DNA of 64,000 bases from Azolla caroliniana (taxonomy: Eukaryota; Plantae; Polypodiophyta), in the NCBI GenBank assembly GCA_043228905.1, contig JBHGNT010000146.1:1-64000 (forward strand). The letters are read 5' to 3'. Both the position numbers and the translations under genes were made by a program. Under the pieces are notes generated by a model. It worked only from the letters and a program-made list of their open reading frames with translations. It ran no database searches and had not been told where the DNA came from. Positions 12,601-27,600 of the stretch are shown here, piece after piece (positions within the stretch are counted from its first letter, which is position 1; each line of letters opens with the position of its first letter).

Positions 12601-15600
12601 ATAAAGGTAACTTCATCTTTATACATATTGAATTCTATCAATTATCTTTCTCCTTCTAATTTTAGAATGTGGCTGGTTTCTTCTGTTCTGGATTATGGAT
12701 ATGCCATTATATAACTATTTATTTTTCATTATATATCATGTTTTTCTTTTGCTTTTGGCAGCATAGAGTGTGGGCTTCGGATTGCTTGCTTGGGTCTATA
12801 CAAAGGGCCCAAAGCATTCTTACGGAATTCATTCAATAAAATCGATTTTTTGTCTGTTATTGATTCTTGGTAACAACCATACTTGGTGGTATATTTGCTT
12901 GATTTAAGTAAACTCACAATCTTCTAACTACTTGATGCACCATTTTTTAGGGCCCATATTATTTCAATGTCTTATTTCAATGAAAGCAATTCATTTCGAT
13001 TCTTAACATTACGTATGTTTCGAGCTTTATTGACATTACGTGATATCGACTTCTTTACCCAAGTGTTAGTGAGTATTTTTTATTTACCTTTGGTTAAGAT
13101 GAAAAATTATTTTCTTTTCAGAGTTGGGTATACTTGTGCAATACTTTGGATGTGATTACCAATCAAGTATGGAAGATTCAAATGTTTAAAGAAGAGATAA
13201 TGAAGTTTTTTAGTTTATGTCCAGCCCATCATATATTGATGTTCACAAATGATTTAATCTACTAAATTTTTCTCCCAAGCTCCAGCATGCTATCTGCTGC
13301 CAGGATTTTTGTTCCGTATTTCAAAAACATTTACAGGAGTTAGTGATTTAAATTTATGTAAAGCTTGAAATTATTCACCACCATAAAATCATTATGCTTT
13401 TTGTCTTCATGATCTAACTCACCAACTAGCAAATAATCTATTCTCTGCTGCCTATTAGCCACTTTCCTGAAGAAGAATATTAACATCAAAGCCAAAACTT
13501 GCAAGAGAAAAGAAAAGAGTTCAAAATTCAATAACTGCTTAAGATCTTTCTAGTGGGAAACACTGATATCATGGATGCACATATCTGGTCGGAACAAGAA
13601 CATAATATTTCCTTGTCCCATGCAAAGTGACGTGAAAATGTTGTCATGAGGTGCATTTTGTACCTCTCAAGTATTCATTGTTGGTGCTATGTCGTTTAGC
13701 AGAAGCCAGAGAATGTCCAAGAAGAATTTATCTTGTCACCTCTACTGCATCTACTGAGCAGGGAGCTCAATATGCGTTTCTTTTCTCATTTTGGTGGCTA
13801 AATACATGTCATAAGCCCTTTATTTCCTGGATTAGTTTTTGCAAATAGGAGGTTTCATAATACCAGCTGGTTTGGAGAAACTTCTCAACCCTTTCAAATG
13901 CATCAAATTTTCCTCACTGAACTGTCATACATAAAATGTGGATCCCTTAAGAATACACATTTTATAGTACAAGGGGAAGGAGATTGGTCTACACCTGAAT
14001 ATCACATCTCCATATTGTAGGTTCATCCAGCCCTGCAATCTCCCTGTCCTGATGCCATTCATATGTATTCCCTGGACGATATTGCGTGTGGGCACTAATA
14101 GGACTTCGACTTTGTGTTTTAATACTTGTTGATGTTCTTTCTTTTTATAGGCTTTGATGTTCTTAATCAGATCTCTTAAATTACCGTCATATTTTAGGCT
14201 ATTTTTGAAGCCATTCATAGGAGCATGGAGCCATTGGAGGATGTGTTGCTGCTTTCAGTTGTACTACTTTTCTTTTACGGACTTGTAGGGCTCCAGTTCT
14301 TTGGTTCTGATCTTGCATACAGGTAGAATTTTCTGTAAAATTATATAAAGTTATGTACAGTACTCGTGTTAAAATCTACATGCGTTAAACCAGAGAGATG
14401 AATTTTTGTTTCATGTTTAGAGTTGAAATAACAGTAGAAATGGTTTTATCGACTTGATACTTGTAAGCATCATTTTAGATGCTGTATTATCATAGATATT
14501 GAAACATAGGATCTGTATAAATAGTTTCCCACCTTTCTAGTGCTATGTTGGATCTGAAGCATACTTGATTGTAAGAAAACACATGTGAAGAAATAGGATT
14601 GTAAATCATCACCACATTAGACAGTGCTTGACGTAATAGGGTTGTATTGAAGCTAGGTGCAAGAAACTACATATTGATATAAGAACAATAGTAGACTGGG
14701 TTCATATCATATGATATACGTTGGTATTTATATTTAATTCTAACATTTGGTGCAATTTTTAGTCATTTTCTTTTGGTTCTCCATTATAAGGGAATTCAAA
14801 AGTTTCACATAAAAATAAGGTTATTGGACAATAGGATTTATTAAACTTGTTCCTGGGAAAAAAAATTCTATTTCTTTTCTGTAGGTGTCTAAGGAAAAGT
14901 GATTTACAAAAGTCCTATCCTGTTACGTATTGTTCACACTTCAGTGATAGAGGATTTAGATGCCCTAGCAATCAAGTTTGCAAGGTATGGATCTGTTTTG
15001 CATGTAAAGTTATGTGGTATAATGTTTTTTTAATGTGGCGTAATCTTTGTAATTGGGAATTCAGAGGGATTGGATAAATGTGTCAATGATGTAAAGTTCT
15101 AATGATTAGTGATAAATGGATACATGTAATGGGATATTTTCAGTTTGAACAAGGTTTTCTTGCTATATGGCCCACTCAACCTTACTGCTAGGCACATACA
15201 ACACGGGTCTCTAGTTTGGCCCACACTGTCATTATACAGTTTAGTTGTATAATCTCACCAAATTGGTAGCCTAGCATGCAAGGAGTCCGATAAGCAAACA
15301 CAGCTAGCTTCCTAATTGCACAGCTGCATTATCTGATGGAATACATCACCTAATGGTCGGATCAACTATTGGTTGGCAAAGGATGTCCTTTATGAAGAGG
15401 TGTTCAGGAACAGACACTAGAGGAATCTGGATGTATTAATATGTAATGTTGGCAACCTGTCATAGGATTGGGAGCTGGTGGATGGACATCTTCATTCAAT
15501 GCTATCATTTTCCTTTTCATAGGATCATCGATATACTAGCTAGAAATGTTTATTTTTTGGTAAAACCAAACTTTCAATATGAGAAAGGAAATTAAAGTTG

Positions 15601-18600
15601 GTCTGAATGACAAAAGCTTACATGAATTCAGTACATATCCTGTACCTAGCTTTATGCCTAGGACGGTTAGCAATATTGCTCATATACCATATTTTCTTAA
15701 TATATCCGGATGATCATATAGGCTGTTATGGTATTACAAATGGCTGTTCTATTTCAAAACTTACTTTTAAAAAAAATCTCAACATTTAAGTTTCAGTTTG
15801 ATTATAGATGGTGGAAATTATAATTCAACATTGAACTAAACTTCAATTTTTGGTGCATGTGAAGAAAGGTGCAAACCCTGCTTATGGAGCTCTGGCTTTT
15901 GACATATTTCCTTTATCATTTCTCACACTATTTCAGGTATCTGAGGAAATTTGTATGTGTATTCTGCTGTTCTAAATGGCCTTAAAATTGAAACTATCTT
16001 TATTGTCTCAGGGCTAGGGAGAAGTTGTGTTATTGATCAATTTATAAAAGTAGCTGTCTCCTTTACAATGTTAAATAATATCCAGTCAATTTATGTTTTG
16101 ACACGGAGAATCTATATGGCTGGATGGCTGGCTTGGGCTGGATGGTGTCTCCATTACCCTGTGAAAATTAATCTCTGTCAGGTATGGTTGCTGGAACATA
16201 TCCAGTATTGGAGTCACAAAGGGCAGGGTAAGGCATATGCTAATTGGCCCTTATTAAGTTATTGTATTCAAGGTGAACTTCTTTGATAGGTCTCAGTCCA
16301 AATTGTATTGAAGTAGTGCTAAAATCCCTCGGGAGAGTCTGATATACACACAGTATTCTCTACATTTAGAGAATAGGTATCCCAGGACCTGCTATACACA
16401 CAGTATCCTCTGCATTGAGAGAATTGGTAGCCCAGGACTTGCAAACTGAATACCTCTATCCAGTCATCTCACAAGATAATCAGAGATGTCATCCCCATAG
16501 AGTCCAAAGAATGTCGGATGGAGCATGCATTCCTGACTTACTTCAATAAGTCAGATTTTATCCCTGCTCAATTCCTACTCTGCCAACTATTTTCTGACAA
16601 AGTGTGATGATCCGCTTCTGGAGTTCCCGACGAACTCCCCAATCCTATAATCTACTAATCAATTCTTTTATCATGAACTGTGTCAAAAACCTTGCACAGA
16701 ACAACAGTAAATATGTCTTGTTATGGGCTCTACCCTCCTCATTGATAGCTCTTAATGCAAATATATGATCCAAAGTAGAGAATCTTCTGAATCATGCCTA
16801 TCCATCGGCTTGATGACTCCCATGCTATGGCCATCTGCTTAAGTCATGCTCATGTATGGATGCATACGACTTGGTCAATGTGTGACCAATCATGATAGTG
16901 GCACATTCAACAGAAGTTACTTTATATTGGGAAAGAGCATGCTGTTGTGCACATAGGCCATGCCATCTGGACCGTAGCTCTGTCACCCTTATTTTCGACA
17001 AGTGAAGGCACCACTCTAAGTGATTGCTTTGGAGAACTGTCCATCTTGGATTGCCCATGTTGGAGATATTTCAAAGGCAGAAGTTCACGTAAGTCACAAG
17101 TTGGGACTTTACTGTCTTATCTAATGGGAATATCTGGTATTTTAGGCAGTTTTGCTACTTTACCTATGTTTATTTTGGTTTATTGTTCTCCAAGATGAGA
17201 CAACGTTTTCAGATGTAATCTGGTGTTGAGTCTCGTAGGTCATTTTGGCCTCTTAAAAGACATTATATATTTTTCTTTCTTTTCTTCCAATATTTTGTCT
17301 AAATTTCAAAATTACAACTCTATTTCTTCTGCTACAACTTAAAAAGAAGAAGAGGTTTGATTTGAATGCTGATTTTTATAGGTTAGAGCTATTGTACACT
17401 CCTTAAATGATTACAATGTTAATGGAGACACCATGATATCTATGTATCTATTAAGTAACAGATTTGCACTTAGATAATAATGTGTATTGTTTTAAATGAT
17501 AAATTTGATAAAACTGTTTTAAATCACCACAGGTTGTTTCCCTTGAAAGTTGGAGCTTTGTAATGTACGTGATGGGCGATGTTGAATTTCCCGTCTCTGG
17601 TGATTATAGACACATCATTTTTTGAAAGAAATGTTTGCAGGGTGTAATATTTTCTGGAAATTAATAAAGTTTTTGGCAGTGTGTAATATTTTCTGGAAAT
17701 TAATAGAAATTTTGGTTGCATATGCCTTCAATAATAACAACTTATGTTTTTACTCACTGAAGAAAGACCTCCGCTGTTTTGCCATCCTTGTTTGTGTCTG
17801 CATGTATCCTTGACCTAGTATACAAGTCTAGGCCTAGCATGATAAGAAGTATATATGAATGGCCATCAAAGCTGGGGGCTTCCTGCACTGAGGTTGTTTA
17901 CATGGATTGCTCATGCTGTCTGTAGAGGCTTTGTAGGTGAGATAGGGAGAGCTTATGGTCACCATCAGCAGACCACCTTCCTCTAAAGCTAGTTTCTTTA
18001 AATGCTGTTGCGGGAAATACGCTTGTACATGTGCTACTCAAGTGGGATCACCGGGAACCTGAATCAGGGAAGATGGGTAGATGAAGAGTTTCAAGAAAAT
18101 AATGGTTGTAACTTAGCTCAATTTGGCGAATAATGTGTGTCTAAACTACTTATAGATTATAATATTAAAGTGGTTATATTTTCCCACATTACAATAAGCT
18201 TGGAGAAAGAAAGAAAGAAATATTAACGTCTTTTAAGAGGCCAAAATGGCCTATAAGACCAAACAAGAGATTGCAGCTTAATTGTTGTCTCGTCTTTGAG
18301 AACAACAAATCAAAATAAGATAAGTATTACTCAGTAATAAGATAAAAACAGATGAGGGAATCTGATTTTTGACACATGTGAGATTATAGTATTAAAGTGG
18401 TTATATTTTCCCACATTACAATAAGCTTGGAGAAAGAAAGATATATTAACGTCTTTTAAGAGGCCAAAATGGCCTATAAGACCAAATAAGAGATTGCATC
18501 TTGTACACATGTATTTCTGCAATGAAACGTCCATAGGAGCAGAAATGCAATTTCATTGTACTGGAATTTGTTTCTGATGCTTCAGATGCAGAGTTTTGGG

Positions 18601-21600
18601 ACAGCAGTTTTATTGAGCAGATCCATATCTATAATATAATAATTTGCTGCATTGAGAGGTTGAGATATATAACTAATGCCTTGCGGTTAAGTTAAGGTGT
18701 ATTGGGTCAATTCATAGTGGGTAGGCCTTACACTTTGCTGGTAGAGGGGTTTATGATGTGCTGAATCACATAAGCAGATAATTTTGGAAATTTCACTTCT
18801 CATCTTTTTGTACTAAGATTGTGCACATCTTAAAAAAGACTACCAATCTTGCATTTGAACTTATATACAAGACCATTTACCACCCATTTGAGAAAAGTCA
18901 TTTGTCCTCATCAAAACAATGGAAGGTGCTTTTGAAAATAAAGATTTGCAGTCCCTTCTTTTTTGCAGTTGCATACTTCATCACATTGGTTGTTATTGTA
19001 TCGTACTTGCTTGTCAACATAGTTGTTGCTGCAGTTAGTGGAGTATTTCTTCGCGTTCGGCATGAACATCAGGTCAAATTTTGTGAAATATTTGAACTAT
19101 TAAGTAAATTTATAGCAAGATGATAGCTACCAGTCTTTCCAGAGGGAACTTTAATGGTTAGTTATATAAAGATGTATGCCTGCATTTTCTAACATCAAGA
19201 ACCAAAAAACCTAATATTGTAGGCTTTATTGAAGAAAAGTCGAAGTGAAAAGAAGTTTAACTTCTATAATGCTACGGTGATGGCAAGCATTCTTAAGGAT
19301 GTGATACTAGAAGACAAAACCAAGATGTCATGCATTGAGATATTCCAAATGAAGTCTGAAAAAGTGAAAGCCCAGTTAAACAAAGCAATGTGCAAGACAA
19401 GTGTATCGATGAAAAGGTTAATGTCGAAAGGCAGACCATCAGCTTTCAGTAACAGCATGCGTGTAGATTCATTGGGAGACTTCGATGATATTGATTGGGA
19501 TCCAGAGGGGCGTACAATGCTTTCTAGGTATGTGGTTTTATACATTATGAGATTAAACATGAGTATGAATGTCCTTACCGAATGTCCTTATATTCTTAGA
19601 AGTAAAACCATGTCCAATTTTCAGCTTCTGTGTATTTATAATATAAATAACTGAATATCCAGGAAGTTTTCACGCTCATTTTCACGAAGTATGTCACGTG
19701 GAGTATCTATGGGAGCCAGATCTGCACGAAAGAGTATTTCTGGGAGGTGCCGTGCCATTGTTAAAAGCAAAATTTTCAGATATTCAGAACTCTTTGCAGT
19801 CACTGCCAATCTTCTTGTTCTGTGCCTTCGTCATGAGGGAATTGCTAAACAGTTTCTTTATTCACTTTGTATCCTTTTTTGCGTTGAATTTATTTTAGAA
19901 AGAAAGAAAGAAAGAGATATTAACGTCTTTTAAGAGGCCAAAATGGCCTATAAGACCAAACAAGAGATTACATCTTAAGTGTTGTCTCATCTTTGAGAAC
20001 AACAAATCAAAAAAGTTCATGAAGTGCTATTATGGTTAATCTGTCAAGTGCTAGGACAATATATGCTTTAAATGATCAAAACAAACCTATGACCATTGCA
20101 ACAGCTTTCTTTTATATGTCATCTTTAACAGAATTACAGATGCAATGGAGGCACTATTTATCATTGCTTTTACTGTGGAAATGGTTCTGAGATTTCTTGC
20201 GGTGGGATTAACGGATTTCTTAGACGACCGTAAGAAATTGAATCATCCTCCTGTTTGTTTAATGCACACTCAATTTCACTGGACATATTTTCTCAGAAAA
20301 GTTGTCCTATCTTCACAACATTGACATTAATATATCTAGAAAGAAAAGAAATGAATGAAGAAAAGAAAAATTACATTTCTCAGTGGGCCAAAATGGCCCA
20401 TTAGAAAGAAATAGAGATTATATCTGAAAATCTCGTTTATCTTGGACAAGAAAAAATCAATATAAATATAACTAAACACAGGTTACCAAAGAATCTAGAT
20501 ATCTAAGAAATTAAGATTTTGAATTTAGATAAACTGAAACTTTTGTCAGCAAAAAATCTCCAACATGGGCGGCCCCAAGATGGAGAGGGATAAGAGAGAA
20601 GCACCTTAGGCATTGGATGATACTCTCCTTTATTTTTCAGTGATGAGGATGACAAGGTCGTGAACCGGATGGTTGTAGTCTAAGAGCACGGCACATTGCT
20701 GTTGCCTGATCTTTTTTAACCCTTTTTGAGTGTCTTGGTCGAGAACCCACTTGTGTAATCTTCATGAACTTAGAATGAGGAGAGATGGAGTTAATGAAAG
20801 TCACTTTTCTTCTTCTATTGATGAGCTGTTGTGGTTTTATTGTTATTCTTCAACAACTTCTCTCTACATCTCTTGAAATCTAGCAAGAAGGGTCTCAAGA
20901 AACATTTGTCTTCATATTTCATGACCTTGCATGGCAGGCCAAAAGCTTGTTTGAAGAGCCTGTGGTATCTCCCTGGTGTTCCTCTGTTTCCACTCCCTAA
21001 TGGCACAGTTTATATAAGGCCTGATAATTTTGTGTCTAAGAATTCTATTCCTGGTTATATTGTCATGCATTAATGGTGTTAAACACCGTCAATTTAGATT
21101 ATTAAGGTTGACGGACAAAAATGTAACAAAATAACTTTAAAGCATTTAGATATATTTGTAGTTTCGTGGAGAGGCAGAGGGTAACACAATGTCATTGGCA
21201 TTGGTGTGGCTACCCCTACTAAAGCATGCTCTTGAACCACCCAATCTCTCTTTGTATCTAGATGTCTCATCCATAGCTGTGGAATACTTAGCATACAGTA
21301 CATATGCTACTACCTTTTCTTAAATACTTACAATACTTATTCTACAGATAAAATATGTAGAATACGTTAAATACTTCTTGTGTTCGTATTTCATCTAACA
21401 ATTGTTTTTGGCCAAATTTTGTTACTTTTTTCAATTTTTGAAAACTTGTTTCTCTAAAAATACTTTTTAAACTTTTGTAAACGTAAAATACTTGTTAAAT
21501 ACATAGAATACTTCAAATATGCTAAATATACGAAACATTTTGAAATGACAGTTCTAAAATGTTGAATATGTGTTAAATACTTCATATTATAAATACATGT

Positions 21601-24600
21601 TTTTTTAACAATTATGATTTGAGGAAGAAAGGGGTTGATCTCATCAACATATGTTGGGATGGATCAATTCTTAGGTTCTCATTGAATCTTGTCTCGGATG
21701 CCTTTTGTATACCCACAAAATAGCATCTTCATCTCTCACTAATATAGTCCTAGAGATCTGTCTATTCTCATGAGTAAGCCCTCTAGGGGGAAGGTTTGCA
21801 ACCTAATGTTGATGCTCTGTTGCAGAAATGAATATGTTTGACACATTTGTGATTGCGATGTCTGCGGGTGCTGTTATGACACGTGCATATCCAAATATTT
21901 CTGGAGCAAGGATAATGCGTTGGTTTTACATTAACAAGAAAGAGACAAAAAAGCACACTTCTGTTGTTGTAAGTGGTTTTATATATTAAGACGTTCGTAT
22001 CACATACATCTGTGTTTTCTATATATTACTATGCTTGTCTACTCCTATTCATATTATTGGAATACAATATTTCATCTCTTATCTCTGCTTGCTATGAACA
22101 TTCAAATGTTGTAGTTTATGAAAGTAAGGGAATGTTTCTACTGTATGTGAAGAATGTTTCCAACATTTAAATATATCAATCACCGATAGTATACATTTTT
22201 ATGATGTTTCTCAAGGATGTGATCCCAGATGTTTGTAAAATATCATGACAGTTCCATACCTTAACCATACAATGAACCAAGGGGGTTTTATATACAAGTT
22301 CTCAAGGGACTGCCACATTAAATGTGGTTGATGGAATCTACTCATAGATATCCACTCGAGTATGATTCTGTCATAAGAATATCTAATATTCTTTGGCCAC
22401 ATTTACACTTGACAACTAACTAGACATCACAATCTAGTTAACTAGATAGTTCACATGGATTACAATAAAGTGTGTGCACACACTTTTTCGCACATTGTGC
22501 TTTTCTCCATAAGCACATGTTCACACAAGTTGAGCTTGATTCTCAACATGCCCCCTCATGGTTGGTTATGTGTCCACTTAAGCTTGGTTTTCTTGGTGTA
22601 GTTGAAGACTCAGTCGCAGTTGCTCGAACTGCTGGACTGTGGTTTTCACATTGCTCCCATGTACTTGATCTTGATCTGGCAAGGTTGATCTTGCTGATCC
22701 AAAATTTCGGGCTTGTCAAGGGTACTGATTCACGGTCGGATTTATCTCTAACTTCAAAATTCAGGGCTTTGAAAAGTTTTCCTCCAACTTGCCGGTTGAA
22801 GTCAGATTAGATGTGCCGGGCTTACTTTGTCAATGCCGGTCTCATTCTTCCTCTTTTGTCATGCTGATTCTCCTTGTGCTCCTTCGTCTCAATCTCATTT
22901 TTCGTTTTTGTACTTGTACTTCCCCCCAAGCTCAGCATATTTTGTGGTCTTAAGGCCTAATCCAGTCAGATATGGAAATTATCATGTTTATGCACAAGCA
23001 CAAAATATTGTTTGCATAATGATTGCATACCTTTAGGAAATAACATGAATCATATATTCTACCTATTTCTGTTACCTGCATTTGGTCAGTGGACATTGTA
23101 CTGCATGGAAATTCCAATGCCAAATGAGAATGTCATTTCTTTGTGCAGGCTGATTGCATTGCAGGATTGGGTTCTATGTCAGCGGTTTCATTCTTCTATG
23201 TTTTCATTATTTTTGTGTTTTCTGTGATTGGCATGGAGCTGTATTCAGGGAGATATTATGATTTCCCAGATGAGTACCCCAGAGATAATTTTGATAGCAT
23301 ATTTAGTGCAATGTTTCTATGGTTTACCTGCACAACAGCAGACATGTGGGTAAACCAGATGTGGAATGCGATGCGAACAAACGGTGTAAATAAGTAAGTA
23401 TACCTAATATCTTAGAAATTATTTGACACAGAAAGCATGAATTTATCTATATGAAACTATCTGTCCTAGCATGCCTTTCTCCATACAACTGACAATGCAC
23501 CCGTGTGTATCACTTGTTCCTAGAAAGTAAAAGAGCATTGAAAATGTTTAGTTAGAGGAAACCTACCACATAACTGACTTTATCTTAGGTGTGGCATGAA
23601 TCTGCAAAGATACTATATGATATCCTTGGGAAGCTCCCCACTTTTTTTACACCACAATTACAATTTGGGATTGGTAGGTGAGCACTATATCCATGCCTGT
23701 GACACCTTGTTCCCATTTCTAGCACACATGTTTAATAAAGCTATGTGTGAAGGTTTCACTACAAGCTGGACAGAACTAACTTCTGGTTATTTAATACACT
23801 CGTCACACAAACTGTTCTCTATGGAGTAAAAACCTGGGGGCCGAGTCTTAACAAGGATAATAATTGGAAGGATTTTGATTGTCAAATTAGATAAGGGAAG
23901 AAAATGCATCAACATCTCTTGGTGGATTTATCATCAGGAACTCTTATATGGACATACATCTATTCCGCTGCTCAGTGTGACAGGGCAATTGTGAACTTCT
24001 TCACGTTGGTTCATTGTTGTTGAATACTTAGCATACAATACGTGTAGAATACGTATGCTAAATATTCTACAAGTCATTGACTTCTAAAGTCCGTTATCTC
24101 CCACCATTGCAGGTGTTTCCTCACTTCATAAATCTCTCCATTTTGGATCAGCCTATGCTAGAGAACTTCCTAAGACAAAAATTTTAAGCGATCTGACTTG
24201 ATAATGTTACATGTAGCTATAACGAGATTCTCAAGTCATGTTTTATTTTTATTTACTTTTTTTACATATATTTTTTCTTTGATCTCAAAGACGAGACAAC
24301 ATTTTGAGATGTAATCTCTTGTTTGGTCCCATAGACCATTTTGGCCTCTTAAAAACATGTTAATGTATCATTCATTCTTTCTTTCTTTCTTTCTAGGAAG
24401 CATGTGCCTCACTTTCTTGTATCGATGTTTGAATAATTTTCATTTAGGGTTTCATTTTTATATGTTTTGTTTCATTGAGGAGTTAACATAAACAGTTGTA
24501 ACCTTTGGTAGGTCTTCACAAGACATTTTGGCCATTTAGTTACAGTAATATATCATTCTTCTTTCCTTCTGGAGGGTAGTCTCTTCTCAAAAGTTTTAGT

Positions 24601-27600
24601 GCACGGAGTTTTCATGGTGACAATTCAAGGCTTCCACTCACCAGCTACCAATCGTTTTTCTTACAAATTGACAAAAGTTTGTCTAGGCTCTTTCTTGATT
24701 GTTTTTACAGTTTTATATAGGATTTCAGATGAACCCTGATCTTTTACAAAAAACGGAACCCTCTCCATCCCAAATTCCATTTTCTCCATAAAAAAAATCA
24801 AAGATGAGTTCGTAGAAAAATTGCAGAGTTTTGTTAATTCTAATCTCGATTTTGTCTTTGTGATTGACAGATGGTTTGCACCCTTCTTGTTTGTAATATA
24901 TTTCATCATCACTGTGTTTCTGGTTCTTAACCTTGTTATCGCAGTTATTTTGGAGAAATCTGAGCTCTCTGATGCTCAAAAGAAGAAGATTCAGAAGGTA
25001 ATCATGTGACTATATTACATGCATGGTGTATTTAATCTTACAATGTGTTGGATCATTTATACATCTGGTGGCCTTGCAGGCAGAATATCTTAAGCACCTT
25101 AAATCACGGCAAAATCGTCTTCTATCATCTAAGGGGAGTGGAACATGGTTAGTAGGTGCAGTGGAAGGTGCAACTGCAAGGGTTAAGAGCATATCAGATA
25201 GGCTATACACCAAGAAAGTCAAAGCCATCTCCATCCCTATTTCCAAGACAGAGGCAGGATCAAAATATACGAATAAGTCAGGCCAGCATTCTGCAATAAA
25301 CAAAACATCACCTGCAATAGTTCCTGGGCAGGCAAACACAGAACATTCAAATATATCTTTCCCCCCTGATTCTATAGGATCTTCTTCAACGAGCACTTCT
25401 TATGCAGGGCAAGATACACCATCTACCAGCAGTGCTGTTCCCCAAAACCTCACGCGAAGGTCTTCTCAAATGCTTCAGAGTATTGGTTTTTCTTTTGGTT
25501 CATCTACCCCAGAAGCACCAGGTACAGCACTTCGCAAGTCTGTCTTAGCATTGGTAAATGATGGATCATCCGATGGTCCTACAGAAGGTCTTGGTGAAGA
25601 TCAAGAGTTATCTGTGTTGAAACAGCAGCAATCCAAAAAAGTAGTTACAAGATCAGAATCACGAGCATCTTTCCAGTTAGAAGAATTTGAAGAGCTAGGC
25701 AGAAGCTTCAGCCTGAGAGAAAAAACACCATGGTACTTATCAGATACTTCATTATTCTTGTTCTCGCCAGAGAACTCTATAAGAGTCATATGCCAGAAAA
25801 TTGTAGAATCAAGGCTGTTCACTCTCTTTATCACATGCTCAATTATAATTAGCGTGGTAGTCGTCATTACCATGTCACAGACTGCTCCCCTTGCTCCTCT
25901 CTTCGCTCATCTAAATCAATTTGTCTTTGCGGTAAGAAGTCTTACTCATTAACTTATGTTTGATATATAAAAGATTGGTATATTTAAATCCAAGATTTTG
26001 ACTTTGAAATTTGAAGCTTTCCAATGTGAAATTTATTCCATCTATGCATGAAATGTCATCTATTAATCTATCGTCTTGTTGCATCTAGATGTCCAAATGT
26101 GCCATGATGTGATCTTTCATCTTAACGTTGGTAAATTGGTCCTGATCATCCTTACTATGATTAGGTAATATCCTACCTCATAGCCTACATATTTGTCCTC
26201 ATAGCTCAAAGAATTCCCTGATCTGTGAGCCAAGTTTGTCTTGAGGCAATCTGCATTTTTTTATTAAAGGCCATCAATGTCGAATGTTTCTCCTGACATG
26301 TGCCAACAAAACATGTCTACAAGGAATAAAGGAATGAATCACAATAGTCAAGTTTCTTGAGGCAATATTTACAACCTCCCTATATTTAGTACTTGCTAAG
26401 ATATTGCAGATGATGTCAAAAAAGGAACATACTATAGTTTTGTCTGCTGTAAAAGATAATTATATTATGTCCAAATAGGATCATATGGAGTAAGTAAAAC
26501 AAAATATTAGACTTGCACTCATAGCTCCAGAATTTGTGGCAAACCATTAGTTATTCCAAATCCAGGTGCACTTCCTAAGGCTAGAAAGTGTTTGGCATAT
26601 TCTGTAACTTCACTCATATCTTTGAGCTTGTCTTTTAGACCAGCTTCTTCTTCCCTACTTCTTCAGATACAGTCTCACTTGTGTCAAACACAGTTGTTTG
26701 ATCATCCTTAGCTCGTGTATTGAAGTCTCCTAATAGTACTATATCCCCCATACTAGAAAATCTTTTGATATCATCATATAATGGTAGAGTTGTTGATTCT
26801 CCAAGGGGTTGAAACCTCGAGTAGGCAGGTGGAAAGTAGAAAATCACAATATATAGCTCTCTATGATCCCCTCTTTTGATTGTTATCCAAATATAATGCA
26901 CATCTACATCCTTATGCACAAGATGGACTCAAAATACTGGCTCTCTTCTTTGTTATAATGACCTTACCATCTCTATATAGAGCCCATCTTCCTTCATTTC
27001 TTGTGTCAATCACTCTTGGGATGTTTTCTTTGTGATGTGCTACTTGAGTTGGAGTGAGGTCATATTGTCACCCTTTAGTATGCTTCTCTTGTCTGAGATG
27101 CTGAGCAGGGTTGCTAATTCATCATCTAACACAAATGTAATTGATCTTTGTGAATTTTTTGAACAGTGAGTGTGTGGTTACGCTTCAGATGTTTGCTATG
27201 CCCATATTGAATCCCAATTTCCCCTATCCCTTTTGCAGTCGCTTTGGATGGCAACAATGGATCAAGTCACATGGCATAAGTGTAAATGCACTACCCCCAT
27301 TCCAAAGTGAAACAGAATAGAGTGATCCCAACTAATACTCTTAACTTGGAAAACATGGATCAGCCCCAGAAAATCACTTAGTAGAAATATGTCCCACTAT
27401 AAGACACACTTTTTACACACATCGGAGGATGGGTGCGCAATGTGATAGGGCAGCTTAAAACTTCATCACATAGGTTAAACATTGAGGTAGGGAGATATGC
27501 AGAAATACCTCTAGGGTGGAATCTGAAGAACACTATACATTTTCCTCTTTAAGCAAGGCTTAGGCCCACTATGCAAGTTAATGGAAAATGAGGACCAACG

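Noticed and set aside
22214-22232. Possible degenerate iMet PBS after the minus-strand LTR
   Set aside because: TGGGATCACATC has 3 mismatches in 12 positions to TGGTATCAGAGC, too weak to call a tandem element.
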